From Candidatus Bathyarchaeum sp. (GTDB lineage: Archaea; Thermoproteota; Bathyarchaeia; Bathyarchaeales; Bathyarchaeaceae), in contig JAOZIF010000102.1 in NCBI GenBank assembly GCA_026014495.1, positions 1 through 12,066 of the forward strand: 12,066 nucleotides of DNA, given 5' to 3'. Below, piece after piece: positions 1 through 7,060 of this stretch; position 1 is the first letter of the stretch; the number at the start of each line of letters is the position of its first letter. Under the pieces are notes generated by a model, which made no database searches, had not been told where the DNA came from, and saw only the letters and a list, made by a program, of their open reading frames with translations. The position numbers were made by a program, and so were the translations under genes.

Positions 1-1
1 T

Positions 2-1168
2 ACTGTATTCTATTTTACTAGAAATGTAGAGCTTGTAGAGACGTATCCTGTTGAGCCGTATTTTGGGGTTTCTTTTTGTGGTGACACAGATGCAGAAGCT
101 AAGTTGTTGATTGATAAAATTAAGGATTACACGAATGTTTTTGTGTTGCAGTCGGGGCCTGTGAGTAAAAATGAAACTGCAACAAACATAATTTGTGATT
201 ATGCTGTTGATGCGGGCTTAGATTTTATTGTGTTTTTTGGGTGGTTTGATCCTAGTCAGCCGTGGCAGATTCCGTGGTTAGATTATGCTAAGGATCGCTG
301 GGGTAGTAGCTTTTTGGGCGTGTATTTCTTTGATGAACCTGGTGGTATTCAGGTTGATTATAACTGGACAATGATTTTTCATCACATACAAGAGGTTGAC
401 CCAGAGTTTTATCAGACAATCTCCGAGTATATCGAAGAGAGTGGTAACCAAACGGTGAACAGAGATTATGAAACAGTGAAAATTAGGTATATACATTATC
501 TGCAAGAGCATGTAGAGCTTTCTGTGTTAAATGAGCATTCGATTACTGCGTTCACGTCTGATTATGCTCTGTACTGGTTTGATTACCTTTCGGGTTATGA
601 TACAATCTTTGTTGAGTTAGGATGGAATCATGATCCACGGCAGCATATTGGAATGTGTAGGGGCGCAGCTACGGTGCAAGAAAAGGAATGGGGGTCAATT
701 ATTGTTTGGAATGACCTAGACAGAGAAAACAATCAAACAGGAGACTACAAGACTGGACCTGAAATGCTTGAAGACATGCATATTTCGTATGAGACAGGAG
801 CAGACTACATAATTATTTTTAATTACCCCACAGACCCTCCCGGAAACCCTTATGGCATCTTAACGGATGAACACTTTGAAGTGATGCAAGAGTTTTGGAG
901 TTACATGGAGCAAACTCCGGAAGATTACGGAAAAACGCAAGCGCAAGCTGCTCTAGTTCTTCCTGAAAATTATGGGTGGGGCATGCGTTCAGTGGATGAT
1001 CGAATATGGGGGTACTGGGGTCCAGATGAGCTGTCAGAGCAAATCTGGAACTTGTCCCAAGACATGCTTGACCAGTACGGTTTAGCGTTGGACATTGTCT
1101 ATGATAACCCAGACTATCCGCTTACTGATATTTATCAAGAAATTGTTTACTGGAACAGCACAGGCTAA
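2..1168 (+). CDS. Conserved archaeal hypothetical surface (glyco)protein, 5'-truncated; possible TIM-barrel glycoside-hydrolase-like fold
   Basis: The frame of the 104..1168 ORF is open back to base 2 (TVFYFTRNVELVETYPVEPYFGVSFCGDTDAEAK-LLIDKIKDYTN...), so the true start lies upstream of the window. Motifs GVYFFDEPGG, FTSDYALYWFDY and TIFVELGWN; six N-X-S/T sequons; acidic composition. Confidence 0.85.
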   Translation, partial: TVFYFTRNVELVETYPVEPYFGVSFCGDTDAEAKLLIDKIKDYTNVFVLQSGPVSKNETATNIICDYAVDAGLDFIVFFGWFDPSQPWQIPWLDYAKDRWGSSFLGVYFFDEPGGIQVDYNWTMIFHHIQEVDPEFYQTISEYIEESGNQTVNRDYETVKIRYIHYLQEHVELSVLNEHSITAFTSDYALYWFDYLSGYDTIFVELGWNHDPRQHIGMCRGAATVQEKEWGSIIVWNDLDRENNQTGDYKTGPEMLEDMHISYETGADYIIIFNYPTDPPGNPYGILTDEHFEVMQEFWSYMEQTPEDYGKTQAQAALVLPENYGWGMRSVDDRIWGYWGPDELSEQIWNLSQDMLDQYGLALDIVYDNPDYPLTDIYQEIVYWNSTG

Positions 1169-1230
1169 ATCTTTGAAGTCAACACAGTTAAACCATAACG
1201 TAACAACAAGATACAAGAGATGAAAAAACT

Positions 1231-1341
1231 GTGAAATGCTTAAAATGCGGGCACACATGGAAACGAACCAAATTCAATGAGTATGTTTCATTTCTTGCTA
1301 AATGCCCAAAATGCAGCTCAAGATTACTAGCCAGATACTAG
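1231..1341 (+). CDS. Small zinc-finger/zinc-ribbon protein (36 aa, CxxCG...CPxC)
   Basis: Manual translation from GTG1231 to TAG1341: (M)KCLKCGHTWKRTKFNEYVSFLAKCPKCSSRLLARY*. Two CxxC pairs in typical zinc-knuckle context (KCLKCGH.W, KCPKC). Below the ORF-track size cutoff. Confidence 0.75.
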   Translation: MKCLKCGHTWKRTKFNEYVSFLAKCPKCSSRLLARY

Positions 1342-1460
1342 TTGGAAACAGTGCTTTTTCAGGAAATTCCAAACATCAAGGGACCACGTTTTACGATAAT
1401 TATTCACATGTTTGTGCGGCATATTAGGAGACTAATAGAGGTACATTGTTGAAAACTAAC

Positions 1461-1476
1461 TTTTTTTCTGAAAAAA
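1461..1476. terminator. Possible bidirectional oligo-T terminator region between convergent small genes
   Basis: TTTTTTTCTGAAAAAA gives a T7 run on + and a T6 run on -, between the + strand zinc-finger ORF and the - strand acidic peptide. Archaeal intrinsic terminators are oligo-T tracts. Confidence 0.3.
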
Positions 1477-1578
1477 TCAGCACAGCACACGTTTGCTGCC
1501 AAAAATTCACACCCAGCAGTACACTCCAATAAGGGTTAATAAAAAATTGTTTAAAAAAATAATCGTTGTTGGTTTAGT

Positions 1579-1647
1579 TTACCATTCTTCGTCTTCATCT
1601 TCTTCGTCGTCGGTGTCTTCTTCCCAGTCCTCTTCTTCAAACAACAA
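1579..1647 (-). CDS. Very small hyper-acidic peptide (22 aa; up to 29 aa if ATG1668 is used)
   Basis: Minus strand reads GGAGGTGG (1654-1661), 6 nt, then TTG TTG TTT GAA...TGG TAA = (M)LFEEEDWEEDTDDEEDEDEEW*. Strong SD at canonical spacing, strict 3-nt periodicity of GAA/GAC/GAT codons, 58 nt downstream of the Mut7-C stop on the same strand. Confidence 0.65.
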   Translation of the reverse strand: MLFEEEDWEEDTDDEEDEDEEW

Positions 1648-1653
1648 ACAGTT

Positions 1654-1661
1654 CCACCTCC
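1654..1661 (-). promoter_or_regulatory. Shine-Dalgarno site (GGAGGTGG) for the acidic peptide
   Basis: The + strand CCACCTCC at 1654-1661 matches the archaeal SD consensus GGAGGTG on the - strand. Confidence 0.6.
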
Positions 1662-1705
1662 AAACCATTTCTCACTTGACAGAGCATACAAGAATCAAAT
1701 AAGCA

Positions 1706-2203
1706 TTACGTAAAAGATTTGCCACCATTAAGCACACTGTTTGCCGATTCCAAAGTAGTCAATATCCGCTTCCAGTGCGCACCCTGCCAATACACCTGAC
1801 CACACTCCGTGCAACCCCAAAAACTATCATAATTAATTGACGTTGCCTTGAGTATCTTATCATTCACTGAGTCCTTTGACACAACCTCAAGCAATCCATT
1901 ACATTTTGAACATCGAGAAACACTCAAGTCAACCATCAACTCAAAACCAAACCGCTCAGCCAAACTAGCAAGATTCTCAATAATATCCACTGATTCAACA
2001 AAAAACGGCTCTAGCCCTCTAGAAACAGCCCGCTGATACAACTCAGAATCACGAGTAAGCAAAACTCGCTGCTCAGACTCCGCCAACTCAAGGAGCTTCT
2101 TGTCGTCAGCAGCCCTGTAATATTCAACATCTTGCCCCAGCATACGAAGCCAACGAGCCAACTTGCCAAGCATGCCATCAGATAGGAACCGCAAAACAGT
2201 CAA
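1706..2203 (-). CDS. Mut7-C RNase domain protein (PIN-like fold with C-terminal zinc ribbon; DUF82 family)
   Basis: N-terminal RFLSDGMLGKLARWLRMLGQDV, D..LL..A..EQRVLLTRD, SRCSKCNG and FWGCTECGQVYWQGAHW are hallmark Mut7-C motifs. Confidence 0.93.
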   Translation of the reverse strand: MTVLRFLSDGMLGKLARWLRMLGQDVEYYRAADDKKLLELAESEQRVLLTRDSELYQRAVSRGLEPFFVESVDIIENLASLAERFGFELMVDLSVSRCSKCNGLLEVVSKDSVNDKILKATSINYDSFWGCTECGQVYWQGAHWKRILTTLESANSVLNGGKSFT

Positions 2204-2360
2204 CCAAAAAAATACAATGGATAAAACAGAATTTAACAGTGCTCATAACAACCCCAGTTTACACTAGGTGTCTGCTGAATGTCAGGCATCTTTTTCTGAC
2301 AGAATTTCAGCCAGATACACGCCAAAAAGTCAGGTAAGTATACGGATGCTACAAGATTAA

Positions 2361-2370
2361 ACTTAAATAG
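2361..2370 (+). promoter_or_regulatory. Candidate TATA box for iscS
   Basis: ACTTAAATAG about 25-35 nt upstream of GTG2395, compatible with a leaderless or short-leader archaeal transcript; motif match only. Confidence 0.3.
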
Positions 2371-2394
2371 CATATAACGGTGTTATGTCACTGA

Positions 2395-3567
2395 GTGAAA
2401 CAAATGAGCATTTACATGGACTACGCCGCAACAACACCAGTTGACCCACGAGTACTAAAAGCAATGGAGCCATACTTTAGCGAAGAATACGGAAACACCA
2501 TGTCCCTACACAAACAAGGTAGAACAGCAAAAAAAGCACTAGATCAATCCAGACAAACAGTCGCAGCACTCATGAACGCCCAACCAGACGAACTCATATT
2601 CACCGCAAGCGCAACAGAAGCAAGCAACATGGTTATAAAAGGAGTCGCCTACGCCAACAAAAACAAAGGGAAACACATCATAACCTCAGCCATCGAACAC
2701 AACTGCGTACTAGAACCAGCTAGATGGCTAGAACAACAAGGATATGAAATCACATGCCTCCCCGTAGACAAATATGGACTGGTTGACCCAAGCAAACTAG
2801 AAGAAAAGATAAGAAAAGACACAATTTTAGTCTCCATCATGCATGCAAACAACGAAATTGGAACAATCCAAGATATCCAACAAATCGGAAAAATTTGCAA
2901 AGAAAAAAATATCTACTTCCACTCAGACGCAGTGCAAAGTTTTGGAAAAATCCCCATAGATGTAAAACAGACGAACATTGACTTGTTATCTGTTAGCTCG
3001 CACAAGATGTATGGACCAAAAGGAGTCGGCGCACTCTACATAAAAAAAGGAACAAAAATTGAACCCCTACTTCACGGAGGAGGACATGAATTCCATAAAC
3101 GAGCTTCAACAGTAAATGTAGCAGGAATCGTCGGCTTCGCCCAAGCAGCACAAATCCAACAACAAGAAATGGCATTCGACGCACAAAAACAAACAAAACT
3201 CAGAGACAAAATCATAAACAAAATCCTAACAATAGACGACTCCCACCTTAACGGACACCCAACCAAGAGACTCCCAAACAACACAAACTTTTGGTTCGCA
3301 TACATCGAAGGAGAATCCCTACTCATGCACCTAGACATGGAAGGCATAGCAGTATCCACAGGTTCCGCATGCTCTTCAAACGACTTAGCAGCAAGCCATG
3401 TCTTACTAGCAATTGGACTAAAACCACAAGAAGCCCACGGGTCACTACGGCTATCAATAGGAAAATATACAACAGAAGAAGGCGTCGACTATGTTCTGCA
3501 AACAGTGCCCAAAGCAGTTCAACGACTAAGAGAAATTTCTCCATTCAAAAATGGATGGAAACAATAA
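2395..3567 (+). CDS. iscS: Cysteine desulfurase, IscS/NifS (group I), PLP-dependent
   Basis: YMDYAATTP, IEHNCV, MHANNEIGTIQ, HSDAVQSFGK, PLP-lysine motif SSHKMYGPKGVG, and catalytic-Cys loop STGSACSS. The start may be GTG2395 or ATG2404. Confidence 0.96.
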   Translation: MKQMSIYMDYAATTPVDPRVLKAMEPYFSEEYGNTMSLHKQGRTAKKALDQSRQTVAALMNAQPDELIFTASATEASNMVIKGVAYANKNKGKHIITSAIEHNCVLEPARWLEQQGYEITCLPVDKYGLVDPSKLEEKIRKDTILVSIMHANNEIGTIQDIQQIGKICKEKNIYFHSDAVQSFGKIPIDVKQTNIDLLSVSSHKMYGPKGVGALYIKKGTKIEPLLHGGGHEFHKRASTVNVAGIVGFAQAAQIQQQEMAFDAQKQTKLRDKIINKILTIDDSHLNGHPTKRLPNNTNFWFAYIEGESLLMHLDMEGIAVSTGSACSSNDLAASHVLLAIGLKPQEAHGSLRLSIGKYTTEEGVDYVLQTVPKAVQRLREISPFKNGWKQ

Positions 3568-3644
3568 CCCAACAAAAACTAGCTCATCACCATTAACTTT
3601 AAAGCACAAAAAACAGCTAGTGCTAACAAAGGGCGAAACACCCA

Positions 3645-4595
3645 ATGTCGTTTGATTTCTCAGAAATTTTAGTAACGGGAGGCGCAGGATTCATAGGCAG
3701 CCACATCGTGGACAGGCTACTTGACGAAGAAATAAGAGTGCGAGTTCTCGACAACCTTTCCACTGGAGACAAAAACAACATAGCCCAACATACAAACAAA
3801 AAAGCTTTCAAATTTATTGAAGGCGACATAAGAAACATCGAACAAGTAAAAAAGGCAGTCAAAGGCGTTGATGCAGTAATTCACCAAGCAGCACTAGTAA
3901 GCGTCACCCGTTCAGTAGAAGAGCCTCTGCTCTCAAACGCAATAAACACCACAGGAACAGTCAACCTGCTCAAAGCATCTGTAGACGCACACGTAAAACG
4001 ATTTGTTCTCGCATCCTCTTGCGCAATATATGGAGACACACAAACACTACCAAACCACGAAAAACTAGCACCCAGACCCCTTTCACCATACGCAGCCGAC
4101 AAAGTAGCTGCAGAAAATTACGCAAAAGCATTTCACAATGTGTACGACCTTAAAACAGTCAGTTTGCGCTACTTCAATGTTTATGGGCCCAGACAAAAAT
4201 ATGGACCATACAGCGGAGTAATATCCATCTTCATAAACAGCCTCTTGGAAAATAAACCCATAACAATTTTTGGAGACGGAAAACAGACAAGAGACTTTGT
4301 CAACGTCAAAGACGTAGTAGAAGCAAACATGAAAGCATTATCAAAACAGGGCGCAGCAGGAAAAACGTTCAACATCAGCACAGGCAAACCAAAAACAATA
4401 AACAAAATCGCACAAACAATCCAGCAGACAATGGACAAAACAACAATTAAACCAATTCATACCAAACCACGACAAGGCGACATAACCCACAGCTATGGAG
4501 ACATCACTGAAGCAAAAAAAAATCTTGAATATAAGCCTACAATTCAAATCAAAAAAGGACTAAACGAACTCGTTAAATGGTACTCAAACCAATAA
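3645..4595 (+). CDS. NAD-dependent epimerase/dehydratase (extended SDR; UDP-Glc/UDP-GlcNAc 4-epimerase-like)
   Basis: VTGGAGFIGSH Rossmann motif, DNLSTG, HQAA, YxxxK (SPYAADK) and RYFNVYGPRQ...YSGVISIF, typical of the WbpP-like UDP-hexosamine epimerase subgroup. Confidence 0.93.
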   Translation: MSFDFSEILVTGGAGFIGSHIVDRLLDEEIRVRVLDNLSTGDKNNIAQHTNKKAFKFIEGDIRNIEQVKKAVKGVDAVIHQAALVSVTRSVEEPLLSNAINTTGTVNLLKASVDAHVKRFVLASSCAIYGDTQTLPNHEKLAPRPLSPYAADKVAAENYAKAFHNVYDLKTVSLRYFNVYGPRQKYGPYSGVISIFINSLLENKPITIFGDGKQTRDFVNVKDVVEANMKALSKQGAAGKTFNISTGKPKTINKIAQTIQQTMDKTTIKPIHTKPRQGDITHSYGDITEAKKNLEYKPTIQIKKGLNELVKWYSNQ

Positions 4596-4606
4596 AAATG
4601 AGTATA

Positions 4607-5608
4607 TTACGCGCTGTCACAGTTGTTCTGTACTTTAGCCGTACTAAAAGCACAATCAGTAACTTTCAGGACTTTAAGCGCCTCTTTCGGAGTACAAAGC
4701 GGGTCTAAAACCTCGTTCTTTTTAACAGAATCAAGAAAACACTGCAGCTCCATCACCAGAGGCTCACTCACCGAAACAGCAAACTCCTCCTCAACATGCC
4801 TAGAAAGCCACAAAATATCATCCCAACTACCATTCTCAATATTTGCCTTAGGCGGAGCCCGATGCGCCCTCAATTTCTGCTGCGCATAATCCAGAGAATA
4901 AAATCGTTCATTACCATACAGATTAATGAGGCGCAACTTGTAATTCGGAAGCCAACTCGCTTCGATATGACTGTGAATATGACCATACTTCAAAGAGATG
5001 TACGCGTAATCTTCAAAACCATTATCTGAATTGCTGGAAAAATGAGCATACAAAACATTTGGCTGAACGCCTGTAAGATAATTCAGTATATCAATTTCAT
5101 GAGAAGCCAAATCCAAAAACACACCACTATACTTAGTCCGTGGCGGAAACGGCCCAAACCGCATAGAAACTGTCGAATAAATCTGAGAAAAATCCACAAC
5201 ACCCTTCAACCGCCTAACAGCAGAATTAAACCGCTCAATGTAGCCTACAGCAAGCAGCTTATCCACTGAAACAGCTTTTTTAGCCATCGCCTCACCTGAC
5301 TTTAAAGAATCAGCAAAGGGCTTCTCAACCAAAACATGCTTACCACGCTCCAAAGCAGACATAACAAAATCTTTGTGCATAGCGGTTGGAGTACAAACAC
5401 TCACTGCATCCAAATCAGCCTCAAGAAATGCCTCAAAATCAACACAAAACCTGCAACCATAAGCCTCAGCTAACTGCTGTTTTGTTGGGTCACTATCACA
5501 AATAGCAACTAGGTCACAGTCTTTCAGCTTCTTGTAAACCCTAGCATGTGCAGACCCCATAAACCCAAGTCCGACAACACCAACTTTCACTTTCATGTTA
5601 ACCATCAT
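4607..5608 (-). CDS. Gfo/Idh/MocA family oxidoreductase, probably nucleotide-sugar 3-dehydrogenase-like (WbpB/WlbA type)
   Basis: VGVVGLGFMGSAHAR, AVSVCTPTAMH, HVLVEKP, VGYIERFNSAV and DLASHEID motifs. The substrate assignment is inferred from family and neighbourhood. The start may be ATG5608 or a nearby in-frame ATG. Confidence 0.88.
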   Translation of the reverse strand: MMVNMKVKVGVVGLGFMGSAHARVYKKLKDCDLVAICDSDPTKQQLAEAYGCRFCVDFEAFLEADLDAVSVCTPTAMHKDFVMSALERGKHVLVEKPFADSLKSGEAMAKKAVSVDKLLAVGYIERFNSAVRRLKGVVDFSQIYSTVSMRFGPFPPRTKYSGVFLDLASHEIDILNYLTGVQPNVLYAHFSSNSDNGFEDYAYISLKYGHIHSHIEASWLPNYKLRLINLYGNERFYSLDYAQQKLRAHRAPPKANIENGSWDDILWLSRHVEEEFAVSVSEPLVMELQCFLDSVKKNEVLDPLCTPKEALKVLKVTDCAFSTAKVQNNCDSA

Positions 5609-5784
5609 CCTGAAGCAGTAAACATTTGCGCGATAATTTTGCAGTATACGATTAATAAGGTTTTAACAAAAACTAAAATAAAACAACACAGCACCCGCCC
5701 AAAATAAATATAGTTTACACTAGAGCATCAACGGTTGTCGCCTCACATACGACAGAATAACCGAAGACACCAAAAACAAGACAC

Positions 5785-5801
5785 AGCAGCAACTTGCTGC
5801 T
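5785..5801. repeat. Perfect 8-bp inverted repeat AGCAGCAA-C-TTGCTGCT (possible terminator hairpin or operator)
   Basis: Seen directly; 20 nt past the hydrolase stop and followed on the - strand by GTGTCTTGTTTTT. Confidence 0.5.
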
Positions 5802-5821
5802 AAACAATAAAAGCGAATTCT

Positions 5822-6418
5822 TCAGGTCTTGTCATGATTATTCAAACGCACAAGAATAGACAAAGCAAAAAGACCCAAAAAGAAAAGATGTGGAAAAAGT
5901 AACGCCAAAGGAAGATGCAACGGAAAAGTCAAGAGGGCAGGCAAAAGAACAGTCATCAACGGAACAAACAAAAGCCTATTTGACAAACACCGAGAAAACA
6001 ATAACTTCACATCCTTTGTCCTAAACAAAACAACAACAGCTACAACAAAAAGAACCCACTCAAGAACAACATTGGACAGACTATCAACACTAACAGCAAC
6101 CCCATACACACCAGTAGAAACAGGCCACAACAACTGCGCACCACCCGTCAAATAGTCTCCAATAAGACTATGCTGAACCACAGCCACAAAATACGGCACA
6201 GCCCGCCGCCTATACAACAAAAACAACGGAACAAAAAGCAAACAAAGAACCAACACCGAATGAAGAGGACCCCGATGCTCCAAAAAAGGAATAACTATAT
6301 CAATGTCAGGAAAAACAGACGCAAAAAAAATCAAAGAAAGATTAAGCTCAACACCCAAGAACCTAGACGCAACCTTCCCAGATAAGTACCCCAAAGCAAA
6401 GTGTCCAACAGCATACAT
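5822..6418 (-). CDS. Membrane-bound metal-dependent hydrolase (YdjM / LexA-binding inner-membrane hydrolase family)
   Basis: N-terminal GHF, PDID, HRGPLHS and QHSLIGD motif series within multiple TM helices; GAGG SD about 10 nt upstream of the ATG. Confidence 0.85.
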   Translation of the reverse strand: MYAVGHFALGYLSGKVASRFLGVELNLSLIFFASVFPDIDIVIPFLEHRGPLHSVLVLCLLFVPLFLLYRRRAVPYFVAVVQHSLIGDYLTGGAQLLWPVSTGVYGVAVSVDSLSNVVLEWVLFVVAVVVLFRTKDVKLLFSRCLSNRLLFVPLMTVLLPALLTFPLHLPLALLFPHLFFLGLFALSILVRLNNHDKT

Positions 6419-6568
6419 GAACTAAAATTCCTCAAACACCCTAATGAACAACAAAAAACAAAACGACAAATATTAACAATACTATTTCACACTCTATAAC
6501 AAAAATAAACAGACCAAATTCATCAACTCTATATACACAGAACATCCAAATGACAAAACAGATGCAAC

Positions 6569-6880
6569 ATGATACCCTTCGAACTAACAGCCATAGACCT
6601 CATCCTAGTCATAGCCGTCATAGTCCTACTAATACTATACATAACAAAATTCGAAACAAAGACACCCAAAAAAACACAATTAACACAACAAACAATAACA
6701 AAAAAACTAAACATACTAAAAAAACAAGAATCAAATATTCAAAACAAACAAACACAATGCCCACGAGGATTCGGAAACATCAAAAAACTTGGCGACAACA
6801 CCACCATACCAGAACGATGTTTAGGCTGCTATAAAATCATGGAATGCTACAGCGAAAAAGACTGCAAATATGAATTGTAG
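6569..6880 (+). CDS. Small single-pass membrane protein with C-terminal Cys cluster (C-x19-C-x2-C-x5-C)
   Basis: Hydrophobic helix LILVIAVIVLLILYI, Lys/Gln/Thr-rich linker, then CPRGFG...IPERCLGCYKIMEC (C64, C84, C87, C93, plus C99). Confidence 0.8.
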   Translation: MIPFELTAIDLILVIAVIVLLILYITKFETKTPKKTQLTQQTITKKLNILKKQESNIQNKQTQCPRGFGNIKKLGDNTTIPERCLGCYKIMECYSEKDCKYEL

Positions 6881-7019
6881 CTAAGGTTAAGCACTAATAC
6901 GATTACATTGGAGATTTAAATCAAAATTAAGCATCAATAACAATTTTTTTAATCATTAATTTTTATTTTTACAATTTTTTGAAATAACTGTATATGTGCA
7001 GAACAATTGAATAAAAATG

Positions 7020-7054
7020 TTTATTAAGTCTCAATATACATTATATCAAAGGTG
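7020..7054 (+). promoter_or_regulatory. Candidate TATA box (TTTATTAA, 7020-7027) and SD (AAAGGTG, 7048-7054) for the 155-aa gene
   Basis: A-rich BRE-like AATAAAAATG directly before TTTATTAA; the GGTG SD ends 6 nt before ATG7061. Confidence 0.45.
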
Positions 7055-7060
7055 TAATCT

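Noticed and set aside
104-106. TTG start of the 354-aa ORF given in the track
   Set aside because: The frame is open to base 2 with protein-like sequence and no signal peptide, so the real start is outside the window.
1408-1452. Short ATG ORF (MFVRHIRRLIEVHC*) in the intergenic region
   Set aside because: 14 codons, no SD or recognisable motif; expected by chance.
1493-1702. 69-aa ORF with a poly-Ser tract on the + strand
   Set aside because: The Ser run is the antisense reading of GAA/GAC codons of the acidic peptide, which has the SD and operon context.
1848-5269. Overlapping or antisense ORFs (1848..2036, 2649..2900, 2993..3196, 3072..3359, 3291..3596, 3323..3544, 3623..3862, 3881..4102, 4181..4438, 4341..4547, 4623..4889, 4796..5029, 5042..5269)
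   Set aside because: All lie within well-supported genes and carry no motifs; the A/C strand skew lowers stop-codon frequency in alternative frames.
6170-6834. Lys/Asn/Gln/Thr-rich ORFs 6170..6385 and 6550..6834, and the Phe/Val-rich 6529..6714
   Set aside because: Shadow frames produced by extreme A/C richness; they overlap the hydrolase and the TM-Cys protein, which have coherent motifs.
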